From contig JAKMXF010000222.1 in assembly GCA_024704765.1 (NCBI GenBank), positions 1,554,400 to 1,618,399 of the forward strand: a DNA stretch of 64,000 nucleotides. The letters are read 5' to 3'. The notes under the pieces are model-generated. The model did not search any database. It was not told the origin of the DNA and saw only the letters and a list, made by a program, of their open reading frames with translations. Below are positions 26,111 to 39,442 of this stretch, in pieces (the stretch's first letter is position 1; every line of letters begins with the position of its first letter). The DNA is from Oopsacas minuta. Taxonomy: Eukaryota; Animalia; Porifera. The translations under genes and the position numbers were made by a program.

Positions 26111-26794
26111 ATGGCTGAAGCTAATCCTGAAACAAAAGTTCAGAAATACCCCAGGACTCCACATTTCCCTTTTTCTCCTGGAGTTAATGCTGATGACATC
26201 ATGCTACCTTCTAGTACCAAACACACATTCCTCTCTCAAGAAGCAATTCTTACAGAAAAGCTGGACGGTGGGAATTGTTCAATATTTAGAGGAAAGGTTT
26301 TTGCAAGAACTGTAGGAGAGCAAGCTACCCATCCATCTTTTGGCGCCATTAAGCAACTGGCTGCACAAATCTCTTGCCTTATTCCAGATAACATCCAAAT
26401 ATTCTGTGAGAACCTCTTCGCTATTCATTCAATTCAATACGATGGTTTGGATTCTTACGTGTATATTTTTGCAGTATTAGAAAATGGGAAGAGATGGCTA
26501 TCTTGGGATGAAGTGGTTGAATGGTCAGATACTCTCGGAGTTCCTACTGTCCCAATGGTACAAAGAGGAATATTTGGTACACAAACAATTGTAGAAGAAA
26601 TAATAAATAAGAAAATGAAACAACAATCTGCAGTGAGTACTACAACTCCTGAAGGGTTTGTGTTGAGATGTACTGGCGGATTTAATTATAATGAACTTGA
26701 TAAGTATTGCGCAAAATATGTGAGAGCTGGTCATATACAGACGGATGAGAAATGGAAGAAGACCTGGAAACAAGCTAAATTGACAGCCAAGTGA
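26111..26794 (+). CDS. ATP-dependent RNA ligase family protein (Rnl2-like nucleotidyltransferase, bacterial/phage type), 227 aa, intronless
   Basis: Intact ATG-TGA ORF with KYPRTPHFP.SPG..DD, motif I TEKLDG, ENLFA, FAV, motif IV PEGFVLR, motif V KYVRAGH and QTDEKW. Confidence 0.88.
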   Translation: MAEANPETKVQKYPRTPHFPFSPGVNADDIMLPSSTKHTFLSQEAILTEKLDGGNCSIFRGKVFARTVGEQATHPSFGAIKQLAAQISCLIPDNIQIFCENLFAIHSIQYDGLDSYVYIFAVLENGKRWLSWDEVVEWSDTLGVPTVPMVQRGIFGTQTIVEEIINKKMKQQSAVSTTTPEGFVLRCTGGFNYNELDKYCAKYVRAGHIQTDEKWKKTWKQAKLTAK

Positions 26795-29700
26795 AATACA
26801 TATTTAGACTAGTTTATTAGAATGGAATATTATTCAGTGTGTGTACATACATGTTGTAGTTTGTAATATCATATTAATAATATTTAATTATAGTAATGTT
26901 CTAAACAATTATATACAAAGTAGATATCTTAATCAATATTCAAATCTGACAATGGGCAAACTGGTAACAGATATATCACACTGTTATTATACTAAATTTT
27001 CTCTTCGTAAGGTTTACAGCAATCTCTCATGGCCAGCCTAAGTTGACTTTGTGGTTCAGTTTTGGTTTGGTCAAGTTTGGTAAAAATGGCTATAGGATAT
27101 CAATTTGACAAAAAACCCGCCAAATATCTCTGTGACAAAAGTGTGGTCAAGTTTGGTCGTATGACCACAGGTTGAGAAACCCGATATGTACACTGAGTGT
27201 TAATTTAGAAAGGAATTGTTAAACTCAACTAGAATTTGACCAACGACTTGCTGAATGTGAATTCGGCTCTACCGACAATTGATATACTATATTTCGCCCA
27301 CGAAACGCTTAAGATCAACTTAAAGATGTTATATTTCGTGCAATTCACCAAAATTCACTTGATGCTAACTATATTGCTGTTTGCCATTCATATGAACTAA
27401 TATTGTCCAATTAATCTTGGGAGGATTCCTAATATTCGAATTCGCGTTGGAAACATAAATATTATACCAACCCACTCCAGACTAAATAACATGTAAATGA
27501 AATTTGAGATTGTTATTTCTAACAAATGTTACTTTTGCCCAAATTCAATGAATATACAAGTATATTCACGTGACTTATGTATTGTCGTTTAATAAGCGAA
27601 AATAACAGTAAGAACGACATGCATAGAGTTCAGAGTAAAACTGTTGTTAGCCACTAGCATCCAATAAGCAAGTTGTTATTTTTAATTTAATTAGTCTGAA
27701 AGAATCATAAACAACAAACTAAACAAACTATAAAATATAAAAGCAGCATTTTATTGTGGATGATTAGCTTAGTGCTCTTCTGGGGAGTGCATTGAAGATA
27801 TTAGTGAAGTTGAAGACATGCAGAAGTAAAGCTTTTCACCAGTGTGTCCCTCATGACGCCAGAAAGCATTTTAACTAATTATAATAAATATATTAATTAA
27901 GCGTGTATTTTCGTGCTTTTTATGCTTTGTATGCTCATGTTTGCAATGCTTTATTAAATCTTATTACTAATTTATTACTGTATCAGTAGGCTCTCGTTAC
28001 GTTCTACGAAAAGAAATACCTTTTCGACGATCCCTTGGGATATGTATTGATGAGAGTCTACTGTATATTTCTAAGGGAGGGACATGTGATAGAGAATATA
28101 TTTAGTTTGCTTGCTTCGTTTGACAATACATAGAACATTCTTGGGTTTCTATATTAGTCGAGAATTAACAAGTTCTCTCAGCCATCCTTCATATAGTTTA
28201 TGCTCTTTATAATGATTACGTTAGAATTAAAAAATAGCTGATTTCTTAGTTTAGTATCAATATTTTTTAAGTTATAATTTTTCTGATATTTTATAAGAAA
28301 TGCAGGAAGTTGTTCCATATTATATATATATATATGGGATATGGAAATACTAAATTTATAAATAAATAGATCTCAAATCAGCGTCTATGTCAACTTAATT
28401 TTTAACAAATGTATTTTAGTGGATTATTGAAACAATTTTTCTACTAAATATCCATTTTAGCAAAGAAAGATAAAATTGAATTTTACTATAGTATCCCCCG
28501 TGACACATCGACTTAATCGCACTATAAGGGAAGTGAGCCCAAGTGCTCCACATACGTGCCAGGGTTTCAGATTCATGTTTAGAGATTGCATGTATTCACT
28601 CTCAGGATAGGACTCGTGATTACTAAGGACAGGATAGATGGGTGTGTTGGGGAGTGTTGCTTGAATATATTTATCTCAAGAGCCTCTACAACCATTTGAC
28701 TCTCTTTAATCTTGTTAGACATTTTAAAATGGTAAAATCGAATTCTACGTCCCTGTTTACCCCTATTTAACAAGTGGAAGCTAATTTCAAGGATTACTTT
28801 GAAATGTTCACCAAAAGATGTGAAAATATGATTAATCATATGATAAATGTGTATATTTATATTTAATAGAATGTATTGACCAATAGAAATGCAGTCTAGA
28901 ATCAATACAAATACATTACAGTGCTAATTGAATTACAAACACTCCACCAGAACTATTTTAAGCATTTATGCACAATTGTAAAATCCACAATCTGATTGGG
29001 CTGAAATACAGAGGTGTCAAAAGGTGTGAAAATATACACATATGAATTTATCAAATGTCAGATACACACCTCGAAGTCACTACGAGTACAAAAGCCAAAT
29101 TTGGTGTCTTAATTTCTAAAGATGTGAACAGCAGAGCAAAAACAGTCGGCTTACAGAATTTACAATAATAAACATTAAAATGTGCTAAGAAATTGATTAT
29201 AAATCCATTATTGGTTAATATGTACTCATTACATACGAATAAATTAATTGATATAAACGATTACAAACATTTACTGTCATGATTAAAACTATACGGAAGA
29301 TGTTCGTTAGAACTCGTTAAGTAGTGTCAATGAATCTACATGAGTATATGGAAACACCCAGAGAGTTCAATCTAAAAGGTTATGAGGGCTAATTAGTGTA
29401 TATTAAAACGAATAGATTAAATCTGCCTTCTATTTATTGCCTTCTCGGAGACTTACACAGCCGCTCCAAAATAAAATTTGCAAGGATAATTATTTAACCT
29501 CAAACAGCATTCTAATCACATTATTTGAATATCAATTGAACACATCGTTGCAAGCTCAAATATAGCAAAATATCAAACTTATTCTTATAGATTTCTTTAA
29601 ATTATTTTCTTGATTTTCGAAATCGCTCAAAAATGAAAATGTTACGTTTTTAACAAACCGTTTCTAGTGTAATCTCCCTTGGACACAGCACAAAAGTAAT

Positions 29701-31477
29701 TTTATATTTATCATAAATAATTCAACTCACATGAATGGTAGTCTTGATGCTAGCTCTTGATAATACATAACACTCTGAGGATTTCTAAGAATAATATATA
29801 ATATAATTAATTAATTATCCACAACTATCTTTGCATGAATATTTTTGGCAATGCTGACAGTTGAAGGGCGAATATTCCTACATCATATAACCATGTTAAG
29901 AATTCAAAATATAATATATTAAATATATCATTTCTACTTTGTAACAGCGTAATTACGTAAAAGGTAAAACTTCATGTAGCAAAAGCAAAGTATTCCTTAT
30001 GTTTTATACATTCAATACTTCTTAACAATTATTATTATTCAAATAATAACAGTTTCCATATGGCCGTGCAGAGAAGTTATTGGGTTATATTTTTGTAGTT
30101 ATTGCTATTATTCAATGTAATATTATCTCATTCTACTGTTGTCTAGTCAACAAAGTAGTTCTGCTGAATAGTTTCCACATAGTTCAGTGTAACTACAACT
30201 TGAACATCTAAAATGGGCAAATAAACCATGATCTAGAATGTTATGAGGTTGACTAGATGTTATTTAGGACTGATTAGCTAGTTTTCATATTTGTTATGTT
30301 ATCTTTGAATTATTTTGTTAACATTTTATATTATTGTTACAAGTTTTCAGGAATTTACATAATTTTGTCATTCTTTTTAGTATTTTGTGATTGATCAATA
30401 AAGAAACATGGGATCTGGATAGGACAGCTTCAATTTATGGCTCTGGCAGAATTCACCGCTGGATTATTTCTTATTTGCAATTGTGTACCAAAATTTATCA
30501 AAATGCAAAAAACATTGCTATTACTGTTTGTTTGTTAGTGATTTCGTCGTCTGTAGTGGATCAGTATTAATTGAAAATACTATATTTCTTATTTTATTTT
30601 ATCCTTTAATTGAGAGACTTGCTCATAACGGCTACAATGGGGTAACAAAGTGTGCAGAATCCGAATTCCGGATTTTTATGTTCTCATATGCAAATTTATG
30701 TTGTTTTATGAATCTAAAGTAAACCAATGTTTATAATATAGTTTCAGAAACTTGGTTTCAAGGGTAGTACAGTATACTGAATCCAAATATGATATCCAAC
30801 AACTTATTGTCAATATTTGCTGTTGTTTAGGTGTATAAAGTACACAATCATAAACTGTATTAGAAACATGGTTTCTAACGGTTTTACCGGAGTAATCGAG
30901 TAAACTGAATCCGAATAACCTACTTTCAAATCACTCATGTGTACATGATAGAATTGTTCTTTTGAAAAATTCGAGGCATAAAGTGTCGAGTTACATACGA
31001 ACACAGAGTGTTCGTATGCCGCACAGCGCGAGCAAGCGAAGCGGATGGTTACCATTAATCCAACTTACCAAACAGGAAAGAAATATATCACAAAGTATAT
31101 AGAGACACAAATTAATAAATAGGAAACATTATTTATTACTATGTGTCCTATCGAAATGAACGAAAGGCTAGCATCAAGACCATAGGGAGATTAGTTTTTT
31201 CTTATTATTTATAGAAAATATGCAAGATACTGTTATTAGAAAGTAATTGTCAGTAAAAATCAATAATTCAAACTTCACATGTATTATCGATATAAATTCA
31301 ATTATTCGGTATTTAACCATATTAATGAAGGACAGGTAATTATAAGTTAGAATTACTTCTATAAAATATCTTTTCGTCACTGATTATAGTTTAGTCTATT
31401 CAGACGTGACAATAACTGCTAATATCGAGAAGTATTTTGTTGATGCACAAAAATTACTGATTATCATTAGTGAATTA

Positions 31478-32083
31478 CTATGGCGTTCAATAAGTCTTGC
31501 GGGTGATATCATAGAATATGATACAAACACTATACACACTAATTCACTATATTATTTATTCAAAGTAATCACCTCCTGCAGATACACAAAGTTTTAACCT
31601 TTCACCCACTTGTAAAACACATTTCTGTACTCTTCTTCGGGGATGGATTTGAAGTACTGGTACAGGCCCGTTCCGAGTGCTTGTAATGTGTTAACATCTT
31701 TGCCTTGAAGGTAGATTTTAAGCTTGGGGAATAGCCAAAAATCACACGGAGCTAGGTCTGGTGAGTATGGTGGATGGGAAGTAATTCTAACCCTTCTACA
31801 TCCAAAAAATTTTGGTAAGCTTAGCTGTATGGGAACTGGCGTTATCAATTAAAATCTTCATTCCTCGAATTCTGGTTTTCGGGCGGTGCTTTTCTATATT
31901 TTTTATCAAATTTGGAAGCACTTGCTCTGTAAAGAAAGTAACGGTAACAGCCTTGCCACTCTCACAAGGTAATTGCAAGACAATTCCATGACTACTGAAG
32001 AAGATGGTATACATAATCTTAGGTTTTCTGAAGTCGAGCCTAGGAATTTTCGCCGGTTGTTCGTCGCCCCTCGCTAAGAGCAA
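31478..32083 (-). mobile_element. Mariner (DD34D-type) 3' fragment
   Basis: KIMYTIFF..ILIDNASSHTA..HPPYSPDLAPCDFWLFPKLK..(shift)RLKLCVSAGGDYFE*. TIR-like ta|ctatggcgttcaataagtc at 31478. The 5' part is cut off at the Helitron-like repeat. Confidence 0.85.
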
Positions 32084-32360
32084 GTCTCTACGAATATTTT
32101 AAGATTTAACTATTTGTTTACTTTATATTCATAAAAACAACGATAAATTCACATATCATTATGAGAAACTTGGAAATGCGAATTCTGATTCAGCGTACTT
32201 GATTACCCCTATATGTCTGTTGAGAGCAAGTCTCTAAGTATATTTCGAGATTTCAACTATTTGTTTACTTTATATTCATAAAAACCATAAATAAATTTAC
32301 ATATGATTAATTCGAAAGTGTGAAAATCAGAATCAACATACTCGATTACCCCAATGTAAT
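32075..32360. repeat. Two to three tandem units of the Helitron-like internal repeat
   Basis: atttgtttactttatattcataaaaac..gaaatgcgaattctgattcagcgtacttgattacccc, the same unit as in 16575-17010. Confidence 0.7.
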
Positions 32361-32852
32361 TGTTTACCTTTCCTATATCCTCAACAGAAGAAATGTTATT
32401 CCCTATATTATATATACGCAGATGATTTACCCAACGTTTTCGCCTGTTATTTCGAACGAATTTTGATTTCGTCTGACAATTCGAGATTCAGAAATTGTGT
32501 TTTAAAATATTTCCGAGTGCGTTTTCTGACTCAGCCTGACCTGACTAATGTAAATTTGTTCTTACCTTACTTTCAACAGCTGAAACTGCGTGATTACAAG
32601 TTTATATAATCAATGAATATGGATATGATATGTGCTGACTAAGTCCATTAAACATGCTAGCTTCGTATAATCAGCAATAGTTATAGGTTTACTAAATTAA
32701 ATTCCACTTCCATTTACAGGTGAATGTAATATCTATACGAAATGTAAAAAGTAAGAACTAAATACCTTAATACCATCTTATTTATTCAGATAAATACAGT
32801 AACTCAATAGATAACTAGTAGCACGTAGGTGCTTTTGCAACAGAGAAAATAT

Positions 32853-32895
32853 AGTGGACTCAACTATTAGGACAGCAGATATAGTTGAGTCCACT
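32853..32895. repeat. Perfect 15-bp-arm hairpin with 13-nt loop
   Basis: agtggactcaactat (32853-67) and atagttgagtccact (32881-95). Confidence 0.8.
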
Positions 32896-33599
32896 TTAGT
32901 GTTAATTAATTAATTAAAGTAACCGAGGGCGCGTCCCCATTCATTTCCCAAGGGGGAGCATGCTTCATAAATATTCGAAGATTATATACGTGTATATGTA
33001 TGAAACACTTCTTGATTTATGTATAGGGAATACGGTATATATGATTAATATTATACATATTGGTAGTTTTAATTTGATATTTTCGAATTTTCAGGGTGAT
33101 TGAATTTATTCGGGTTGAACCATGTACATACATAAAGGCCTTAATTAATGGAGGCCAACAATTCATTAACTACACGTATTGTTATAAGGCACCAGTAGGC
33201 TCGCCAATTCTGGTGGTTGGGTGGCGTTAGCTACCAAGATCTGATAAGCCACCAAAATATTTATAGACACGATTTTGTATTGCGTCTTGTACCTAATTAG
33301 AGGATTTAAGAGGTCCAACTGCGGTGCTTTTGGCCGCCCAAGCATAGCCGCAACTAGGGCCATTTTTGGGTGGGCACATAACCATCTAGATTCTTATATC
33401 AAAGGCTTAATTAACCCTAATGGCTATATTAACTTATGCCTGCTGGTGGCTAAGTTTAACCACAATCAAATAGGTACTGAATTTGTCGAGCACTGTAAGG
33501 AACTCTAATTCTAATCTCAGCCTGGGCAATTCCTTCTATAAGCGCCACCGTGGATGTCCTGGGTGTGCGGACAGCCACTACCACGATAGACCTTTGCAT

Positions 33600-33796
33600 T
33601 GTTCTATATGGCAGGGGTTATTTACTTATTTAGATACCCACAGTTCATTATTATGAACATCCACTCGCTCATGGGGGGCGCCGGACACGAACACACTTGT
33701 GTCAATTTTCAGCTCTCTAGTATGTATTTCCATGAATTCTGGACAAAAAAATAAACAAACAAACACACAATATGGGGATTTTATAGTATGGATAGA
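33600..33796 (-). mobile_element. Second Helitron-like 5' end
   Basis: Minus strand reads A|TCTATCCATACTATAAAATCCCCATATTGTGTGTTTGTTTGTTT..GAGCTGAAAATTGACAC; 3' CTAG end not located. Confidence 0.5.
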
Positions 33797-34333
33797 TATA
33801 TTCAGCGGAATGATAATAATGTTATTAAAATTCGATTCGAGGCTTGTTGGAGACAGATAACTCCCCTCTATCAATGCCAGATGCTATGGGTATATTCCTC
33901 TCTTTTTTAGGTGGAGCTATTTTCACGGGTTGGCTATGAATATCAATGGCTAAAGAAGGAATGTCTATCCTGTTGTTGAAATAGTTACGGATCTTTTTGA
34001 GAACGAGGTCATATCCCTTTCGGAATCGGGTAATTACCCGGTAACACCCCTTCTCGATTCGTACGCTAATGTATACGTACTTTAGGTTGTAAAATGTCTT
34101 TAATCTTTACAGATTAATATAAACGTACAAAACCGCAAAACTAACAACAAATAACTATTACATTAAACTAAATACTATTACAAAGTTTTAAGAATAGACT
34201 GATTGTATAATAACTATATTCAAACAACACAAGGACTCAATCAGTTAAAACCTATCAAAATCCAAAATGTATAAAAGCTCATGTCAAGTTAAGAATGGTA
34301 AAATACGTATTTACAATTACGTTAGAGATGTAG

Positions 34334-36448
34334 TTACATGAAGGGAGAGGAATCCCCTATGTAAGAGAATCCGGCGAAGTTTGTGTCTTTGCTCATGCTT
34401 ACCATAACGCTGTCACCAGGTGTAGCTATAGGGACTGCTTCACTAGTGAACTCGGGATCAAAGTTCTGCAGATCAAGATCTCCATTGAGCTTAGGCTTGA
34501 ATGGAGGTTCTATCCGCTTGTTGAAGAGATCGTCCCAAGAGATGCTGTTGAAGAAAGGGTGCTGATACAGCTCCTTAGCATCTCCTTTTCCAGATCCTAA
34601 ACGGAAACGTCTATCTTTCTGCAGGAGCGCCTCTAGGATAGATCTAGCACTTGAACTGACTGTGCTTTTCAGGTGTAGGGGTTTGTATAGGATTGCTTCA
34701 TACATTTCAGTTATATTCCTGCTGTAGAATGGAGGGAGACCATACATCATTTCATATAGAACCACACCTACACACCACCAGTCTACTGAGTTACTGTAAT
34801 CCTGTTTCTTAAGAACCTCCGGCGCAAGATACTCGGGGGTACCACAGAATGTACTGGTCGTGTCTCCCTGTGCCACACCCTCTTTACACAGACCAAAGTC
34901 AGTCAGTTTTATGTGACCATCTTTGTCTAGTAATATATTCTCTGGTTTCAAGTCTCTGTAGATAATCTTAATATCGTGCAGATAGCCGATAGCTGACGTA
35001 ATTTCTGCGGAGTAGAATTTCGCGCGAGACTCCTCGAATGTTCTCTCTCGCTGCAGATGAAAGAACAATTCGCCTCCGTTCACATAGTCTAATACGAAGT
35101 ACAGCTTCTTGCCAGTCTGGAATGAGTAGTGTAAACCAACTAGAAATGGATGTTTTAGGTTGCGAATTAACACATTCCTTTCCGCCATAATATGTTTTAC
35201 TTCATTTCTCTTCATAATGATAGCTTTCTCCAGGACCTTTAGAGCGTAGTACTTATTCTCTGTCTTCTTCTTTGCCAGTAAAACCTAGCAAACAAAGAAT
35301 AGGATTATACTGACTGAAAATACTAGGGTATTATTACAGTGTAACCTCGTTAATAAGAATTTCCGGATAAGACGAACAAATACATAATCTGGTCCCTCTA
35401 ATGGATTTCCAATTGGTGTTACTCCGGTTAATACGAACTCAAATATCAACTCACCTTACCAAAGCTACCCTTCCCGATAACAGTGAGAAGTTCGAAATCA
35501 GTAACTTTAGCTACCTCACTTTCTGTTGCACCCAGATCCATTCTATTCCCCTCATTCACGTCTCCGTCTAGCTTGTGGTCATCCATCTTCTCGTGGGTGT
35601 ATATCTTGACAGTCCTACGAGGATCATCTATAGCTAAGAACTCTTTAACACTTGAGTGAGTGAAGAGTTTTGGGGAAGAACACACCTGTAAATATAAATG
35701 AATGAGAATAGTATTGCCATCATGCGAATATTGTACAGATAACTCCCAGTATAAGATACAACTGTCCAAGAGGCATGTCAATACAGGTGAAGTTGGTATC
35801 AATGGCTGAATTGTGTAATGTACTTAGTATCTCATATAAGTTGTGTGATATAGCTAACCATTGGGCCAAATAGAACGGGTCGTACAGCTATAGTTATAAT
35901 AATGCTATGACAGCTGCGATCAAAGAGAATCCAGATAAGGAATTGTTTTAGGACATCAGTTGTATACATCCTTTGAATCCTTTGATCTCATTTTAGTACA
36001 TACTACTATCAACGTGATACAAAGGAAAATTGTCTGTTTTGTTTGGTTATCTAACGCCAATATCCTCCAAACAAAATGTCTCGCTATTTAATTCAATCAG
36101 GTGATATGTATTTAAACATAGCATGCTAAAACGTTAATAATGAAACTAAAATCTCACTTTGCTGATAAATTCGTTAAGTCCTTCTTGTCTCGCTTTGATG
36201 AACTCGGGGTCAAAGTTGTTACCTATTAATCTTTTTCCAGGAAGTTTGAGTCCAGCGTCAGGGAATTCTCTTTTCAACTTCTCGTAGAGTTGATAGAAAT
36301 CGTTATAGCGATGGAAGACGAAGTAACAAATTTCTGCGTTCTTTACTACCAGCTTATATACTGTATAGCGTTTTGACTCTACCCAGGTTTGGGAGTCGTC
36401 AATATGCACCATATGAGTAGCTTCTGATTCATTACCGTTTTCTGCCAT
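34334..36448 (-). CDS. SGK3: Serum/glucocorticoid-regulated kinase with PX domain (SGK3-like), ~490 aa
   Basis: Exons 36448-36158, 35685-35455, 35284-34334, all phase 0. PX domain ([36 protein letters not shown]), [27 protein letters not shown], hydrophobic motif FAGFSY. Confidence 0.93.
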
Positions 36449-37092
36449 TTTAATTAAACTAGCAAATAGCTAAGTAGTACGTGTATTATATAACAACAGT
36501 CTATTGAATAATTAAGCCAGAATTTTTCCGAGTACCCTACATTCGAGTTAGATGAATGCAAAGAGGTTATACTTTAACAACTATTCGCAAGAGCTATAAT
36601 ATCTCTTGTCCGTCTATTTATTCCCATAGAAATCAATAGTATTGTGTTATTAACTTCTATGGGACCATCAGTATAGAACTTTGAGGCTATGAAAATACTT
36701 TTCCATCAAATTAGGGAATTGTTTTAACTAATCCAGCAGGAAAATGACCAGTGGATCTACAAAGAAGATTATTTTATTTGCATATAGTACATAGAGTGAT
36801 AATAATAAACCAGCTAAATGTATTGTACGTATTTGCTAATGATATTCGGTGGTTGAAGTTAATCGCCGATAAAATACTAATTACACTTCAACCATAAACA
36901 AAATTTGTAATAATTAAATAACCATTTCTGGATAATTACCTAAAAAAAGATGAAAGAAAAAAAGACAGAATTTTAATTGTATTCACGTCTCTCTAATACT
37001 CAGATTTTATCAAATGAAGGATCAAATAAACAAATTGTATGTTAAGTGTTACCTATATTTGTGTGTAGAATTTCCTGTAAATACTCATAATC

Positions 37093-39442
37093 TCATCTTA
37101 ACTCGACACCATAGAAGTCTCTGAGCAGTTCTCTAGCTAGAGATTGTAGCTGATGAGCTTTGCTACGAGAGAGACAGAGGTCACAGGATTGTAGCACCAG
37201 TCTATAATTGTGACTGAGTCTTTTGATTGGACATACAAACTCGTTAAAGAGAATGGCACTCTTCACGTACTCCTGACAGTAACATCTGATAGCTGTAGCT
37301 ACTTCATACTCAGGGATAGTTCTCTCCCAGGGGTGCCAAAAACAGAGGTCATGTTGTAGTCTCAGAGGGTGCAGGTTGGGAGGTGTACATTTGAATGTCC
37401 CTTCACCTAGAGGGAGCATATTCCTGAAGAAACTAGACACTCTAGAACTATAAGACCACAGGACTCTGACATCATCTAGATTATACACTATTGTAGCTAG
37501 TACGTCTAAATACACTATTCCAACCTCTCTATTGAGTTCATCCTCCCTGTCTCCTTTCAATGAAGATGTGGAGGCTAATACAAACTCACCAAACTTTATC
37601 TCTGTTGTATCCTGTAGGATACCTGTGTAGAGAGTAGAGACTGGTAACCACACAGGTATCAGCTCCTTGATAAGATGAGATAGTATTTGTTGCAGAATAG
37701 CGCGCATGGAAATTGTATCTGACTGACTAGTAGTTAATAACAACATTAGTTGGTTAGAAACAGGCTGCTCTGTTAAGAGGTGTGAAATTCCGCAGCGTTT
37801 ATATGTCTCTCCTATGAGAATGGCCATACTAGGGAGATGTGGGTGTATAGAGGGTATGAGAGATGGGATATGAAGTAGGAGAGAGGGAGAGAGAAATAAT
37901 TCAGAATATTTATCTGTGTGAAGAGAAGTCTTGTAGCATTTATACAGAGTAGAGATAAGAACAGGAGATAGATGTAACTCGTATAACTGGGTAGCAGAGA
38001 GAAGAGGAGAGCAGTAGTGGGTATCTTCTAATTTAATATCACACTGAGAGAGATGGTTATCTGACAATTTAATTAGTACAGAGCTAATCTGTTGAATCGG
38101 GTGCTTTGGGATATTCCACAAGCTCCGTTTGAATCTGTTCCTCAACTCGAATGGTATAAGTAAGTCCTCCATCTCAAAGAGAGGATAGGGACAGTCAGGA
38201 ATCAGCTGTTTCCACTGTAGCAGGGTGTGTAGGAGAGGAGGATCAGTATAGTCGCAATGAGATATAAAAGAGTGAACTAGTGACCTCTCTAGATGAAATC
38301 TACGGTCATGAGATCTATATCCAGTCGGTGTATAATTAGGATAGTGTGATGGAGAGAAGGAATTGAGTTTACTGAGGATAAGTCCTGACTCTGCTGCCAT
38401 TTCCACTACTTTCCAAGTGTTGTTGTATTCTCTCTGTATGATCTCTCCAGGTGTGCCTAGCAAGAAAATGCTTACATACAATATAACTATAAGCATCATA
38501 ATACAATGGATATTGTAACGTTAATTTCAGTACGGTAGAACTCGGTTAGTACGTACGTTTCTCCAAAACGGATTACATAGTTGTCAACTTTTGTAAAGAT
38601 CTATCCGTGAGAGATTGTTTAAGAGCAGTTGAATTTAGCAATTTTTTAATTGAAATGGATGGCTATTAGGATAACCGCCCGCCATATTGGCCACTTCATT
38701 AATCAGCCTAATTATTCCAATTTCCCCAGAAAATTAAGGTAAAAATGAAAGTGAGATTGTGTTCAAAAACGTGAGTCTCAGTTTTGATTTGTGAGACTTG
38801 ACAACTATGGATTATCAATTCTTATACTAATTGTATAGGAAGAATATTCGTATAAGACAGTTCGGTTAGTACCGTCAGTTAGTACTTACCAATTTTTGCT
38901 TCCCGAGGGGGGGGTATGTCTTAGCCGAGTTCTACTGTACATATTTATGAAATACAAATAGAATTCAGTAAGGAGGAAAGGGAACATTCTATAAAAACAT
39001 ATAATTAATGAGAATTCAACTCACCTCCTTGTCCTTGACACAGTGCTACATCGATAATACCCTGCTCAGCTAGACAGAGAGAGGAGCTCTGGAGAAATGA
39101 TTTCAAAAGCCGTCTGTTAGCTCCGATATTACTCTTACCTCCAACATGTGGGAAATTGAATATAACTTTGTTAAACTTATATCCTAGTATACTCTCACAC
39201 TCATGTAGTTCAGTAGCGTCTAAACAGAAGAGAATTGTAACGTTTTTATATTTATCAATTTGTTCTATCGATTCTTTTCCTTTCTTCTTCTTTAGAATGT
39301 CTTCTCGGCTCTCAAGTGTGCTTGTAATAATTTGTGAATATTCCAAGTGATGATGTAATAAAAAGTCACAAGTAAACGAGAAGTCTCCATCTCCTAAAAT
39401 GAGACACAGACTGTCTCTACTTGACTCTAAATAGCAGGCCAT
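37093..39442 (-). CDS. FDXACB1: Ferredoxin-fold anticodon-binding domain protein 1 (BMT5/DUF2431-like N-terminus, FDX-ACB C-terminus), ~593 aa
   Basis: Exons 39442-39025 and 38456-37093 (phase 1). LILGDGDFSF..LDAT..FNFPHVGGK..LCQGQG|GTP..NTWKVVEMAAESGLIL; C-terminal FW..VKSAILFNEF..SHNYRLVLQSCDLCLS..GVELR. Confidence 0.88.
38533..38937. mobile_element. Tigger/pogo-type MITE in the FDXACB1 intron
   Basis: ta|cggtagaactcggttagtac ... gtcttagccgagttctactg|ta. Confidence 0.8.

Noticed and set aside
27770-27860. HTGEK zinc-finger linker on the minus strand
   Set aside because: The flanking Cys/His spacing is not C2H2; at best an unrecognisable relic.
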